Counted from the first letter of the stretch, positions 1 through 14,139 are shown. The stretch: 64,000 nucleotides of DNA from Chrysomallon squamiferum (GCA_012295275.1 CM022671.1:11656001-11720000), one strand, 5' to 3'. Notes: generated from the sequence alone by a model not told the origin. A program made the numbers and translations.

Positions 1-970
1 TAGCATTCTGTAAACTGACATTTAGAAGGGTAAAGCAAAAATGAACGGACAGAAAGTTATTTAAATAGAATCAGATTTTTCAAAAAACTTATATGAATAA
101 TGAAACAACAAACTGACCAGTTTTGTTATTAACATCCAGTTACTGGCATTACAAGTCATGTATGTTTGCACATAAAGTGTGTATGAGTTTGAGTTTGTAT
201 TAGTATGCATATCTATATATGTGTGTATATAAAATGACTAATTCACACACACACACACATATATAAATTAGTCATTTATACATAAAATTAACGTGATTAT
301 ACTGTTAGAAACAATTGCTGCCAACTGAAAATAAACATCATTCATCGCTTTTGTAAATACAGTTTACTGCAATTTGTTGCAATTTGTTGCAATTACTATT
401 TTAAAGAGCAGGTGGATGGACACACAGACGGTCATTTCCCGTACATTAGTCCACTTAATTAAACCGCTTTCAAAACAGTTACCCTCCTCACGCGACTCGG
501 AAAATACTAGTTTAAATCAAGCAGCGACACCACACAGCCCCGTCAACCACAACGACGCTAATTGAATTCTATATTGCTATTTAGGGCGCGTGGGTCTGCG
601 GGCAGAAAAGATAACATGAATGCAATTACTGTGTCTTTTAGTCAGGTTTTCACAGGAAAGGAAGTTTCTCGAGGGCCGCTGTTAACTTCTGTAAATGACC
701 ATTGTGTTGAACGGGCAAGTAATTTGTAAGTGTGAGATTAACTGATTCTTAAGTGAGACTTTCTTTTGCTGAATGACCAATTTTTTAGACATGTCTTATT
801 TTATAACATAATTATTGGTAAAGTGAAAATGCCTTAAGGCATAATAGATAGTTTTATAATTGTGAAAAGAAAACTTTTTCTTCGTCCTTGAGATATTAAA
901 ATATAAATTATTTATTTCCCTGAGTAGAGAGCGAAACACACGCAAACACACACACCCACACACATTTTTT

Positions 971-989
971 ATGTATGTATATGTGTGTA

Positions 990-1021
<32 letters not shown>

Positions 1022-1029
1022 TGTGTATA

Positions 1030-1077
<48 letters not shown>

Positions 1078-1111
1078 TGTGTGTCTATGCGTGTCTATGC
1101 GTGTGTGTGTG

Positions 1112-1175
<64 letters not shown>

Positions 1176-1184
1176 TGTGTGTCT

Positions 1185-1283
<99 letters not shown>

Positions 1284-1458
1284 TGTGTGTGTTTGTGTAT
1301 GTGTGTGTGTGTGTTTGTGTGTGTTTGTGTTTGTGTGTGTGTGTGTGTATGTGTGTGTGTGTGTTTGTGTGTGTTTGTGTTTGTGTGTGTGTGTGTGTCT
1401 GTGTGTGTCTGTGTGTGTTTGTGTGTGTCTGTGTCTGTGTGTGTGTGTGTGTGCGCGC
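971..1458. repeat. Imperfect (TG)n microsatellite, ~490 bp
   Basis: Continuous tg dinucleotides with scattered ta/tt/tc interruptions; explains the VCVC/HTHT ORFs. Confidence 0.97.
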
Positions 1459-1879
1459 GTCACATAATTATAGATATGATTTCTTTATCTTTATTATTTG
1501 TTTGCTGTAGCTTTGCTATGTCAATGGCTGTCCTTTGCATTTTGAATAAACTTCTCAATAAATGGTAAATTTATATAAAAATTAAGCCTGATCTTTTATA
1601 TAGTGGTAAAGTATAGTTATTATGTGTCAGCTCATCACAGTTAATAAATCTAGCTCTGTAAATTTTCATTAGATCGCTTTTAATAAAGGCTTTTGGCATT
1701 CTGCAGTTATTGGCACTTGAAGTAATTTGAGATACGACCATCTCAGATTTGAATTTCGCTTTGAGTACATAATGACAGTCACGACTGGTGTTTGGCTCAA
1801 CGGCAGTAAAGGACGGTTGATGACCGATATTGACCACAACGAACGGACGCGAACGACATCGGCTGTAATTAATTACAGA

Positions 1880-2560
1880 GATCAATCGGCTTTGATGAAG
1901 TGATCTGAACAACACTGGCTTTAATGAATTTTGATGAATGACACTAACTTTAATGAAATGGACTGAAAAACATGAACAGTTTGGGTGAAACATACGCATT
2001 TCAAAGAATTGTACTAAACAGTTGAGAATTTAAAGAATTGTATTAAACAATATTAGCTGTAACAAATTGTACTAAACTGTACTGACTGTAACGGATTTTA
2101 CTAAACAATAATGGTTGTAACGAATTATACTAAACTATTGGCTGTAACGAACTGAAATAAAAACAATCACTGTAACGAACTAGTCAATACTGACTGTAAC
2201 GAATTTTACTAAACAGTAATGGCTATAACGAACTGTATTAAACAGTAATGTCTTTAACGAATTGTACTAAACGATATTGGCTGTAAGGAACTGTACAAAA
2301 CAATAATGAAAGTTGTGGAAAGACTAAGTTAAACTATTTAGCATATTAACGCTAACAGCACAGGTTGGTTTCACGAACTGAGAAAAATAACATAGCTTTA
2401 ATGGACATGTGATGAACTGCACTACTTTAATCGAACTGTGATGAAGAAAATACGTATAATTAAGTTGTTTATAAACAACGTGTAGTTGATTCCGCTGTGA
2501 TGAACAACCTAGGTTTTATCGAATTATGGTCAACAGTTTATAGATTTATCGAATTTTGCC
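1880..2560. repeat. Degenerate ~29-bp tandem repeat (core aattgtactaaacaatattggctgtaacg)
   Basis: Cores at ~2006, 2035 and 2064 give a 29-bp period; clear to ~2305, with more decayed copies on both sides. Boundaries approximate. Confidence 0.7.
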
Positions 2561-2614
2561 ATCATGCACAGGCTGTGTGGACACTGAAATAATTACATCT
2601 CGGTGAAAACCAAC

Positions 2615-2693
2615 ATGGACCTCAGCCGGCTTATGAAATCTGGTGGGTTAAACAAAATAAACGCGATGGATTATGGTGTATGGCTTAATTTTG
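2615..2693 (+). CDS. Candidate first coding exon of the Sushi-TM gene (MDLSRLMKSGGLNKINAMDYGVWLNF)
   Basis: aacATGg start with an upstream in-frame TGA at 2585; ends at a G|gtaaga donor (2694) in phase 1, which joins 5375 to give GAT (Asp). No signal peptide, so uncertain. Confidence 0.4.
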
Positions 2694-4145
2694 GTAAGAC
2701 TGTTGCGGTCAGTCACCTTTATTAACGTAATATTATGCTTGAGCACTAGCTAGATTGACTTTTCATAACCTCTAATAGTGATTTGCTAATACCAACTAAT
2801 ATCCCAGTGCTATAGGTAATAATCATAAGCTGTATCATGTTTCTCTTTAAAGCTTTTCATATTTCATATTATTTAGAAAAACAAGACATCGATATTGTTA
2901 ATAATTAATGACCTTGTTAAATATATAAATGCAAAAATAAAATAATAGCAGTAGTAGCAGTAGTAGTAGTAGTAATAATAATAATCAATTTAAATAACCA
3001 AAAAATAAATAAAAATGCAAAACAAACCAAAAACACAACAAGAAACAACGATGCGAGTCAGTGAGATAATAAAACAAGAACAAAAATAATAATAATAAAA
3101 GACTAAATAAACAGTAAACAAATGAATAATAAAAAAAAAAAAAATAAAAAATAATAATAATAAAAAAAAAAAAATACACCAAAAAACAATAAATATAAAA
3201 AATAATAATAAAAATGAAGAGAATCTACTGAAACACGAGATTTAAGAAATTAGACAAATTACCATGGCAACATGTCGTATTGTGTGCGGTGAGGTTTTCA
3301 GTTACAGACCGTTAATATCTTTAATCTTCGTTCTATCCAGCCTTTAGCAGAAACCATGAATCGATTCCGAGTTACTTTTCTTTCAGTTATTCGCAAATCC
3401 CTTGCGTATTTGGCGGTGAAGATATAAAAAAATATGCTCAGATTATAATTAGATAGGACTGTACATTTAAGACAATGTCTAATTTAAAGTGACGTGTTCT
3501 AAGATAGCGGTATGTTTTGTTAGAATACATTTCTTTTTGTCTTTTAACGAACGGTACTCTGTTTCCAATCATCATCATTGAGTAATATCATCTTTATCAT
3601 TGTCTTAAAACAGTTATCATTTCTATTATCATCATCTTCTTAATAATAATAATCATTGCCGTCACATGCATCACAATCATGATGTCATGTTTAAGCAGTT
3701 CGGCTTGTGTGTGTTTTTCTTTGCAATATGAATGTAACATATTTTACTTCTAGTCAATGATAGCAGCCAAAGTATTAATTCAAAATAGGTTTATTTAATT
3801 TTATTCATTTATTTAAAAACTTTTTTCCTTTATTTATTTTATTTTCAAATTCAATTCTTCGTATTCATTTTCCTAAATCTTCAGCAGCAAGCAGCCAGTT
3901 GTTTGAAAGTTAATGTTTAGTGACATTACACAGTGTTTCATCTGGGAAACACACAGTTGTCTCGCCACATTTTCAAAAATTCTGATTATATCCTAAACTG
4001 TTCAGCGTCTCATCAATATTTCAAAAATGTTAAATATTTTAGATAGTTTAAATGTCACAAAGGTTTTCCTGAAAAACACGATGAAAAACACTGAAGCTCG
4101 ATCTCATGTTTAATTATTAATTATTTTTCTTCTACTACAATTTTT

Positions 4146-4200
<55 letters not shown>

Positions 4201-4647
4201 TTTTATTTATTTATTTTTTATATTCTTACATTTTCTTTTTAAACCACAATATTATTATTATTACATTTTTTTTTTCTGTTTCTTGTTTTTTTCGACGAAA
4301 ACCAAAAAAGCTTTACTGTTTTTGTCTATTTTGGTGACCTTTCCATTGAGGGAAAGGTCGGATATATCAAGTTAAATTTATTGCTATGTTAGAATTGATG
4401 TTGAAGTATTCAGGTGTGTGTAAATCTTACACATCTCTTTACCACCAGCTAATTCGTTACTTTTCTTTACTCCGAGGATTTCATATAACATGGGTAAGAC
4501 CTTTTACTGCGTTTTGTAGATTGAAAATTTCTCATGTTTCAAAACATTTAGAAAAATCATCGAAGAAGGAAAGGTGGATATATATCAAATTCAGTATAAG
4601 CCTATAAAATATATGGACTTGTTCACCCCGTAAACTTAAATCAGTTT

Positions 4648-4694
<47 letters not shown>

Positions 4695-5374
4695 TTTGAT
4701 AGTAGTTGTAATAGTAATAGTGGTAGTAGTAGTTGCTGTTGTTATTGCTATTGTTACTGTTGTTGTAGTAATGGTATAGTAGCTGTGATACTAGTAACAG
4801 TGTGACGATGATGATACTGATCGCTGGTACGTATATGTTGATTGTCAGTAATTGGTTTCAGAACTGAGTTATTTATAACGATATCCAGGATTTGTATTTC
4901 ATGCGGCATAACGGATTTCATTGTGTATATATTATGTTAATAAAGACAACTATTTTAGCAAAGCCTATCCGTTTACTTACATCTTTTAGCCATTATATAT
5001 GGCTATATATTATCTATGCTTTGCATTTGTGAGTCTGTTTCGTTTGATCGTGGGTTGAAACAAGTTCTGTGATTTACGGGATCTGAACACGGAGAAACGA
5101 CCCAGTAAAATATTTTCTTAGGAAAAACTGTTTGATTGTTCTGCTTGTTTGGTTACTGATGACTTCACGGTTTAACCCAGTCGCTGCTTAGCATTTATTC
5201 TGAAAATCTATCATTCGTACTTTCTTTTTTTAGGTTAGTTAGATTTTACACAAAACGACTGGGCGTTGATACTGCTTTATTTCCTTTCTTTCTTTCTTTC
5301 ATTGTTTTTGTATATTCGACGTATTTTATTTGTAATTAAAATTACTTTTCATAATTTGTTTATGTATATTTCAG

Positions 5375-5551
5375 ATATCATTTCCATCTGCAAACCACTT
5401 GCCGAAGTTTCTAACGCTGTTGTTGTCTTCCAGAATCAGACGACCACCATTTATAGGTGTGTCCGATACCACGTACTCGTTTCCGGCAGCATCATGCGCA
5501 CGTGTGTAAATGATACATGGACCGGAAACGCGCCATCTTGTTATCTTGACA
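5375..5551 (+). CDS. Internal exon encoding one Sushi/CCP (SCR) domain
   Basis: tttcag acceptor and gtaagt donor; 177-bp phase 1-1 exon; C-KPL...YRC...SGSIMRTC-x3-TWTGNAPSC has the four Cys and the W-x4-P-x-C Sushi signature; N-glycosylation sequons NQT and NDT. Confidence 0.88.
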
Positions 5552-6145
5552 GTAAGTTTTTAGTAAAAATCTGAGCTGTAAATCGAGACAGGAATAACAA
5601 ACCAGTAAACGTCGATTTGTCAGGCATTTTAGACAAACAAAACACAAGACAAAAAAAAAAAAAAAAAAAATTTCTTGATTTATCTATTGTTTAGCTTGAA
5701 ATTCTAATGGCACTTTATTATCCTGTTTTCCCGAGACGAATTTCCATGTACTTGGCAAACTGATTTTAATTCGATATTTTCCCCTACCAACTTTTCTTTT
5801 GTTTTCTTTTTTGTGATGTTAAAATATTTTTCTGTAACAAGATATTAAATCTACTAACAATAGCAAGTAGCGACAACACATTTGGGATAAAAAAAATTTG
5901 TTTGATTTTCTTAATGACGTTTATAATAAATAAATAAATAGTAAAAAAAAAAAAAGAAAAAAGAAACAGAAAAAGTCTTTGCTTTTTTCTAGAAATAATA
6001 TAGATTAATAAACAGCAGTTATGTTATTTTTATCATTTATAATAATTTATAATTATTGATAACAATTTTAACATACTTTACTTCGGGTAATTAGATTTTA
6101 CTACTATTAAAACGTCGCATTAAATAATTTATTTTTGTGTTTCAG

Positions 6146-7035
6146 GTATTATGCCCAAGCCATTTCTTGTGCTGTTGATTGTTAGTATTACAGTGTTAGT
6201 GTTTGGTGTCTGGATTCCTGTAGACTTCTATCGATTCAGGAAGAAAAAGAAAGAATGTCGAGAAAAACAACAACGCATACAAATGATAAAACGCATTGGT
6301 CCCATGCACGTGAAAATGTTCACAGATCAGTCCCTGGACGCGGGGGACGAGGCACCTAAAACAAACGTCAGGTTTGGAATCAGTTCCATCATAGCATTCT
6401 TCAAATTTGCCAAAAAAGGAAAACACAAACGACCTAGCTCGGAGCACCAGGGAGGAAATACAGCAGCGGTAGAGAAAGGAACTAATTCCGATTCAATAAA
6501 CTCGCCATCGGAACCGTCTACTTCAGCTACACCTCTCCCGATAATCCAAGAAAGAAACTACGAGAGTACAAATGAAACTTCAGCTCTCAACGCTGTGACT
6601 TGTGTCAATCCGCAGCCCGATACTCTCGACCCGTCAGCGGAATCGCGTAACTTAATTCTCGTGACATCGAAAAGTCAGAACTTGACAAAGGAAAATGGGG
6701 TGAGAGATATGAAGACGTCGACGACATTCAGCAGTCGTGGTAAATATTCCGCTATCTCGGTGAGTGGAGGAATGAGCAAATCTCTGTCTGAAGATGACTG
6801 GAAACGAGAAAGGTTAAACAGAGATTTAACTCCAAAAAACAGAAATATTTCAGACACTTTTGTGAGAGACGGGACCCATACGGCTGCCAACAATAGGAAC
6901 CTGAATCAAACTATTCTTGTTTCACATTCTGAACATGGTTTTATAAACAGTGCAATTGCAAGTGGAGGTCACGTGTCTCAACAAATACCCACTGTCAAAC
7001 TTCCACCTCTTTCTGCAAAACCAAATAAAGAATAA
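6146..7035 (+). CDS. Terminal exon of the Sushi-TM protein: TM helix, basic stop-transfer, ~260-aa low-complexity cytoplasmic tail
   Basis: ttttgtgtttcag acceptor in phase 1 joins 5551 (A+GT=Ser); 294-codon open frame in AT-rich DNA; FLVLLIVSITVLVFGVWIPV followed by RFRKKKKE. Confidence 0.88.
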
Positions 7036-7070
7036 GCATGAATTAAATAGGTCATTAACGAAAATTAATT

Positions 7071-7124
<54 letters not shown>

Positions 7125-8358
7125 TATTTTAAAAACGAAAGATAAGACGATGAAGAAAAACAAAATTAAAATGATTATTTCTGCCAAAACGAAATTACTG
7201 CAATATCTACAGACATTAGAACAATTATTATATATTTACAAATTACCCGTCCAGAGTTATTTCTCTTTAGCACTCTCTGAAATAACAAGATGCTGATTCG
7301 TACAGTATTTGCCAAAATAAAGATGATAGTAACGTGGGTTATTAATTTATTTATTTATTTTGAAACACGACACTTATTCAGCAAGTCCCACCTATTATGA
7401 TGTCACTATTTATTCTAAACAGTTGTTTCAGCCGTGTTTCACAAATTATCATTGTGTAACTAATAGCTACTGTATTTGTTTATTTTCTTTCAAGGAAAAC
7501 TGCCCTAATATATAAACAAATTTTAAAAAATCATGTAAATAATGAATGTTTCTAAAATGCACTGATCAATTATTTTATTGAAAAACAGTCTAAACTATTA
7601 CATGAAACAAAAAATAAATGCGTTTGAATGATATATATCAAATAACAGAATGATTCTGTTGTTTAAAACAATAACTGTTTATATGAATAACTAGAGTACA
7701 AATGATGTCAGTAGTTACTGTCGACATTTTGGGACAAAGAGTGGAGGTGTTTCGTTTCTGTCCTTACACTTTCAATATTTGAAAACATCAATATTTCAAA
7801 TCTGTGATGAAAGAAGAAATCACATGTAAAAACCTTGAATGAACTGTCTGGTTTATTAATTCAGTTATCACAGATTTCTGACTTGAGGTCATGCAACATT
7901 TTCTGTTAGGTTACGTATTTCATAAGCCGTCCTGGTAGAAGAAAAAAAAAAAAATAGAAAAGATTTCACCGACTTGTACTGTTTCAGCTGACACATCTCC
8001 AAACAGAGTTTACTCTTAAACAGAGAAATAAATGATAGTAATTACACACGTACACCTCTATCCACTACTTGTATCAGATGTCGTTAATGTAAAGAGTCTT
8101 TAAAGTATTATCAGAGTAGTAATGTCTGATTTTGAAAATAGGTCGGCTGTTGTATAATGTATGCATTGTGGAAAATCATGTTTAGATTTATTATTTAATT
8201 AACGTTATAGAATTATTAATATTTTTGTACAAAATGAACTGGAAATTCTTTATTATTCCTTGAAAGTGATAACATTTCTGCACGTTCAGTCATTTTATTT
8301 TGATGTTTACAAATACAGAAATACATGTACTGATATATATTTTGTATTTATTAAGTGT

Positions 8359-8364
8359 AATAAA
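8359..8364 (+). promoter_or_regulatory. Candidate polyadenylation signal of the Sushi-TM gene
   Basis: AATAAA with upstream tttgtattt and a downstream GT/T-rich tract, before the NUDT2 start; other AATAAA copies lie nearer the stop. Confidence 0.35.
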
Positions 8365-9011
8365 ACATTCTGTTGTTGTAGTAGTGTTATAGTTGTTACT
8401 GTTATTGTAGTCATTTCATTATAATTAAATTAGTGTTATTATAATTAATTTAGTGTTTATTATAATTAATTTAGTGTTTATTATAAATGAACGTTCGAGA
8501 GAACGCCGATTATCCCCATGGTGGTTAATTAGTTTTAATATTTATCAGCAACAGGATTTAAGATTTACTATAATCATGTTTACTTTTATTTATTTTATTG
8601 TATTTTATTTATTTATTCCTTTTTTTTTCTTCATTTATTTTTTTTCTTTTTTTAAGAACCCAACATTTGAAATAAAAGAAACAAAAAAATAAAATATGAA
8701 AAATTCTGACCCTCCCTCATTTATTCATATAAAAATGATTTGTTTTATTTTTAGTCAAATTAGTTTTTACACATGAATATTCAGTTTAGACAATTTCAAA
8801 TTTTTATATTAACTTAACGCTAGATTATTTATAGCAACTGCATTTTCATTTGATACAGCACTCTTCTTATTATTATTATTATTTATAAGATTTAAAAGAA
8901 TAATAATAGTAATTTACTATTAATTTTGCAGACATTTTGAATTTATCTATCGCGAGTTATCTTCCCTTATAATAATAAACTGAACGATACACGAAGTGAC
9001 GGCAAACAAAC

Positions 9012-9132
9012 ATGACTTTTACTTTAGATATTCGCGCTGCGGGTATCATAGTCTACCGGTGCCTACGAGGGGAACTGCAGTACCTGTTACTACAGGCCAA
9101 CAAACATAAACGACACTGGACTCCTCCGAAAG
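9012..9132 (+). CDS. NUDT2: Bis(5'-nucleosyl)-tetraphosphatase (asymmetrical Ap4A hydrolase), coding exon 1
   Basis: aacATG; translates MTFTLDIRAAGIIVYRCLRGELQYLLLQANKHKRHWTPPKG, matching the NUDT2 N-terminus (..AGL/IIxR...LLLQA...HWTPPKG); G|gtttga donor, phase 1. A tttactttag acceptor ending at 9027 means an upstream start exon is also possible. Confidence 0.92.
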
Positions 9133-9811
9133 GTTTGATAAAGTCTTTGTAGTCAGGCAACTTTCTCATCGAGTATGGAGTCGCTTTCAGTAGCCGACTA
9201 AGAATAACTGTCGAGAGATAATGTTTACCAATAGTCTAGTTCTGTTTAACGTTAAAATAGTATACTGCCATAAAAAAGAACAGTTCAGAAAATTTAATAT
9301 CTTTCATATGGTGTTATTTATTTATTTATTTGTTTGTGCTGACGTGGATGCAGTCGTATTTCTGTGTGGGTTTCAGTTATTATATTTCAAAAATTAATTA
9401 GTCCTGAATGCCTTTTATTTAATGCGGCAATTTTTGTTTTCTTTATTTTATTATTTAATACTTATTATGTATAAATATCTCCAAATTTTGTTAGCGTTAG
9501 CATTTTCATTTTGAATAATAATTATGAATATACCTTATATTTAATTTATTATCATAGCGTCCAAATAGATATTGGACATTAACAGTAGAGTCTAAGATCA
9601 TGATCCAAGTTTCTCTAAGATATTCCTGGATTCGCCACTGATACAGTTACATCAGAAGCGTATAGAAGACAGATATAGAGCGAGAGAACGACTTTTAGTA
9701 ATTAATAAAATATAAACTCCTTAAATTAATAAGCAATAAATTACAAATTCATGCTAAATATAAACTATTTGCAAATCACTTTATATATCTAAACACTCAT
9801 TGATTGTTCAG

Positions 9812-10131
9812 GTCGCGTGGATCCCGGCGAAGTAGAACTGCAGACGGCTTTCAGAGAAACTGAGGAGGAGTCTGGGATACGTAAAGATCAGCTCAACGTC
9901 ATCGAAGACTTCAGTCGTGAACTGCACTACAACGTCAGCGACGGAAGACACAAGAGAGTGATATACTGGCTGGCCGAACTGAAGCAACCAGAAACGCCAA
10001 TCACGATATCAAATGAACATCTTGTATATAAGTGGTACAACACTGAAGAAGCTTTGAAGATCCTGCAAAGTTTTCCCGACATGCAAACCATTTTGAGAGA
10101 AGCTGACGCTTTTATACGTAATATGAAATGA
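9812..10131 (+). CDS. NUDT2: Ap4A hydrolase coding exon 2 with the Nudix box
   Basis: gttcag acceptor in phase 1; Nudix box G-RVDPG-E-VELQTAF-RETEEESGI fits GX5EX7REUXEEXGU; also the NUDT2 motifs ELHY, VIYWLAE and SNEHLVYKW; joined CDS 441 nt = 146 aa. Confidence 0.95.
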
Positions 10132-10598
10132 AGTTTTCATTTTTTTTTTTTAAATTTTGACTTGTATATTATTATCCTTTCAGCATTATAATTGTTTCAA
10201 ACGGTTATCTCAAAACATTATAAGAACCTCCGAACAGTTTTTTCTCGATATTGTTAACACAGCAGTTTACACATACAGGAATTCATGCAGTTTGTGAATG
10301 TTAGAGGAGTTTCTTGACTATTTCATGGATAATGTTTATCCTCACAAAATTATTCATTTACATTTACTAGCTTCTCTGGCTCATGTCTGTCGATGATAAC
10401 AAAATGTTAAATTAGTGTTTGTGGACGACACAGATTATATTAATTCGTTTTATTTACTTGGCTTTATTTAGTGACTGTTATAGAAGTCTATTAAAATTTG
10501 ACAGAAGACAATAATGTATAATTAGACAACAGTATTCTACTAAGATCAGAATACATTAAGCATGTTAACTACCAGAATTACCTATTAGTATGTAATTG

Positions 10599-10913
10599 TT
10601 TAACTTGACTTTGGTAAAACTGAGAACTTGACAACTCAGACTTGTGTGTATATATATATGTATTCACTGACTGATTCTTTAACTTGACTTTGGTAAAACT
10701 GAGAACTTGACAACTCAGACTTGTGTGTGTATATATGTATTCACTGACTGATTCTTTAACTTGACTTTGGTAAAACTGAGAACTTGACAACTCAGACTTG
10801 TGTGTGTATATATGTATTCACTGACTGATTCTTTAACTTGACTTTGGTAAAACTGAGACCTTGACAACTCAGACTTGTGTGTGTATATATGTATTCACTG
10901 ACTGATTCTTTAA
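10599..10913. repeat. 77-bp minisatellite, 4 near-identical copies
   Basis: aacttgactttggtaaaactgagaacttgacaactcagac... recurs at 10602, 10681, 10758 and 10835. Confidence 0.95.
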
Positions 10914-11399
10914 TCCCCGCTTATGACAAGCACAAAGCCGCATTAACTTTCATTTTATCGGTTCTGATGAAATATATCAAACTGCTGCACCAGTTAAATG
11001 CATTTATTCATAGACTGTAATAAAATACAAATGCATAAATCGTTCTTTAAAACATGTACAATATTATATATACATCTACGATGTCCAAGTAAGAACAAAA
11101 CATTATATTTAAACATTCAGGCACATTTAAGAATTAAATGGATCGAAAAAAGCGACTTTCATTTTCTGTGTAACAAAATTTATTTCGTCATGAAGGTTAA
11201 ACATCGTTAACGAACCTCTTTAAGAAATCCTATAATAGTTTAATATTTATCTTTCTGAAACAGTTTATCTTCAACCACATGCACATCATATACAGTTGAA
11301 GTTTATGGGAACGTGCACGCACACGCACACATTAAATTTTATATTTTATAAGGAAGCTTACTAAAGAAAAGGCATTAAATGTGTTTTTTCAATATTTAT

Positions 11400-11880
11400 T
11401 TGTATCCTGATTACCTTAATAGTGTATCCTGATTAATCAGTAATTACAGGTATTATTTTGTTTATTTTTACTTGAATTAATTAACAATAAATGTTTGATT
11501 AATTAATTAACAATAAATGTTTGATTAATTAATAACTGCAGTTATCTCTTTATATATTGTTCTTTAATACTATATATTTGATTAATTAGTATTACAGGTA
11601 TTCGTCTCTTTAATTTTATAAGTTATTACAGGTACAGTTTTTATATTTTCAGCTGAATAATGTACTTTTTGATTAACCAGTAATTTTTGGTGTATTTTAT
11701 TATTTTGTTATCGGAATAGCGTACTTTGATTAATTTCTAATTACAAAAGTACATTGTTACCAGAGTAGTTAGCTTACTTTTGTTAATTAAAAATTACTAG
11801 TTTACTTGATAAAACTGTTACCTGCTATTTAATTAATTAGTAATTACTTGTATACTTTGTGATGCTGTTACTCAGTATAA
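11400..11880. repeat. Old degenerate tandem repeat (core ttgattaattagtaattacaggta)
   Basis: Recurrent tgattaat..gtaattac motifs roughly every 50 bp with high divergence. Confidence 0.5.
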
Positions 11881-12278
11881 AAAGACTGAACCTCTTTTAA
11901 CAGTCCTGTATTTGAAATATTAAACAAAATGAAAGTGAACTGATTATAATTATGTACTACGTTGCGAACATTTTTTTTTTTTTTAAATGTATCTATGTGT
12001 ATGTTATTATCTGTTAACTGATAATAGTTATGATATATAATAAATTATCAGGTTTTTTTAAAACTGTCTTCTGTTTTATCTCACTATCTTACTATCTCAC
12101 GTTTTTTCTTTTGTGTTTGTTAAAATGTTTAACTTGGATGTTACAAAAGTAGAATCTACACAGCTTGAATCTGATTTTTGTCATTAAAAAAAATTAAATA
12201 AAATAAAAGAAGAAAACGTTTATTAATAGTTTATCACTATTTCTGTATCATTGTGTTCTATTGTTAAATATAGATTAA

Positions 12279-12333
<55 letters not shown>

Positions 12334-14139
12334 TAATAAATAAATAAATAAATAAATCCAAAAAAACCGAGAATAAATACCGCCCTGTTGTAACTGTAAC
12401 TTGATATTACTGAAATTATCTCACGTTAGTGTATTGCCAAGGGAGGTAAGTCTAGCTAGCTTACTTCATTTTCATTTCCAGAACTTAATACTTTAATGTG
12501 TTTTCTCAAAAACGTAGAGAAGCCAGTGAGCTAAACAAAATTCTCTATAAACTGACTAATATCCCAAAAATATTCTCCTTCCACTGTTATCTTTAGTATT
12601 GAGGAACAGATTTTGATTCAGTGTATTTCAACACTTAGGAGCTCTGAGTGTAGTAAGGAACGGATGTAAAGTAAAATATAACAGTGAATACTAAAATGTA
12701 CTCAGTGTACTACTTACTTGAAAACTTGTTAAATCTTTTCAATCGTAACATTGTATCCGCCAGAATTATGCTTATTATTTTTATATTAAATGTTATTTTG
12801 TTATTGTTTTCATTATTCATCATCATCATTATCATGTATGTGTATATATATATATATATATGCGTATATAAAACAAAAAATAACTCAACATTACTTTTCT
12901 TTGTTTTGTGTAAAATAAACTTTTATATAAGAGGAACATCTATAAACATTAATAAAATATTTTTGTTTTTATCAACGTTTTTTTTTTTATATATATATAA
13001 TTAAGAAAACAAGAAACCATTTTAATTTTAATCTGTGTTTTTTATATACTATTTATGATTTAGATAAGAGCAACAATAAACACATTTTCCTTTTAATCAG
13101 ATTTTTTTTCTCTCTTTTGAAATATATTTATTTCTGGTTATACTCTAAAATGTGCCAGTTCAAGAGAGTTAATTTTGCGAATCCAAAATATCATTGAAAT
13201 TTTATTATTATCATCATCATCATCATCATTCATCCATCCATCCATCCATCCATAAATACATACATTTATACAAATATCAAATACAGAGAAACATAGATAT
13301 AACCATACACACATACATAAATACGCACATTCATATATAAACACACACGTACATACAAACACACATAAATACATACATACATACATACAGACATCTATTG
13401 GCAATCGAACGCTTCTGCCCAACAGTGTGTTTCAACTTAACAATATGTAGCAACACAAGTCATTCACTTGTGCCTATTGCGACATGCTTTAATAATGAAC
13501 AGAAGTCTAACAACATTACTCATTCACCTCACATTGTAAGTTCTGTCTTTTCGTGGAGCATTGCTGTTTTGTAGAAACAGATATTGTAAACGTTTAAAGC
13601 AAAGGAACACTGGAGAGAAACATAATTTTGACTCCGGGGATCTTAGGCGAAAAGATAAAAATGTCTTAAGCTTGATGGGGGATTCGTCTTTGTACGTACG
13701 CGGAAATCGAAACAAATATCGAATTTCCACGTGAAACCGTTTATCCTTTGATCACGTGACTGTGAAAACTGAGGAAAGATAGTGAAAGTGTTTGCCGGCT
13801 GCAGGCGGTTCGCTGTTAGTCAAGAGGGTGGCAGAAAGCGGTGGCTGGTTCCATACACATAGCCACTACAACCGCGACGTAATATTATGCCACCAGGGGA
13901 CTCTGGCCTATCATTCAGCTGTGGCTACAGATGAGGAAATAACGTGTTTGCTCTCGTCAGATGAGATATAGGTCATACACAATGGTCGATACTGTGACGG
14001 AAATTATTCTTTAATCGCCGGAGCATTTTGGACAGTTGGAAGGCAGTGGCAGAACTCGCTGGAAGTGAGTGAAAGACATGGTTCTGAAGCAGACGATAAT
14101 TTGATTTTCGCCGCGAAAACATTCTGATAAACAATAACC

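Noticed and set aside
971-1568. Long VCVC/HTHT ORFs
   Set aside because: Translations of a (TG)n microsatellite; the same applies to the ERER/SLSL/IIII ORFs at 18055, 20189, 23803, 27493, 28410, 57786 and 63605.
1571-1999. 142-aa minus-strand ORF
   Set aside because: No recognisable motif or convincing splice context, and it overlaps a degenerate tandem repeat.
6355-6378. KTNVRF as a PP1-docking RVxF motif in the Sushi-TM tail
   Set aside because: The basic residue is one position too far from the Val for the strict consensus; unsupported without conservation data.
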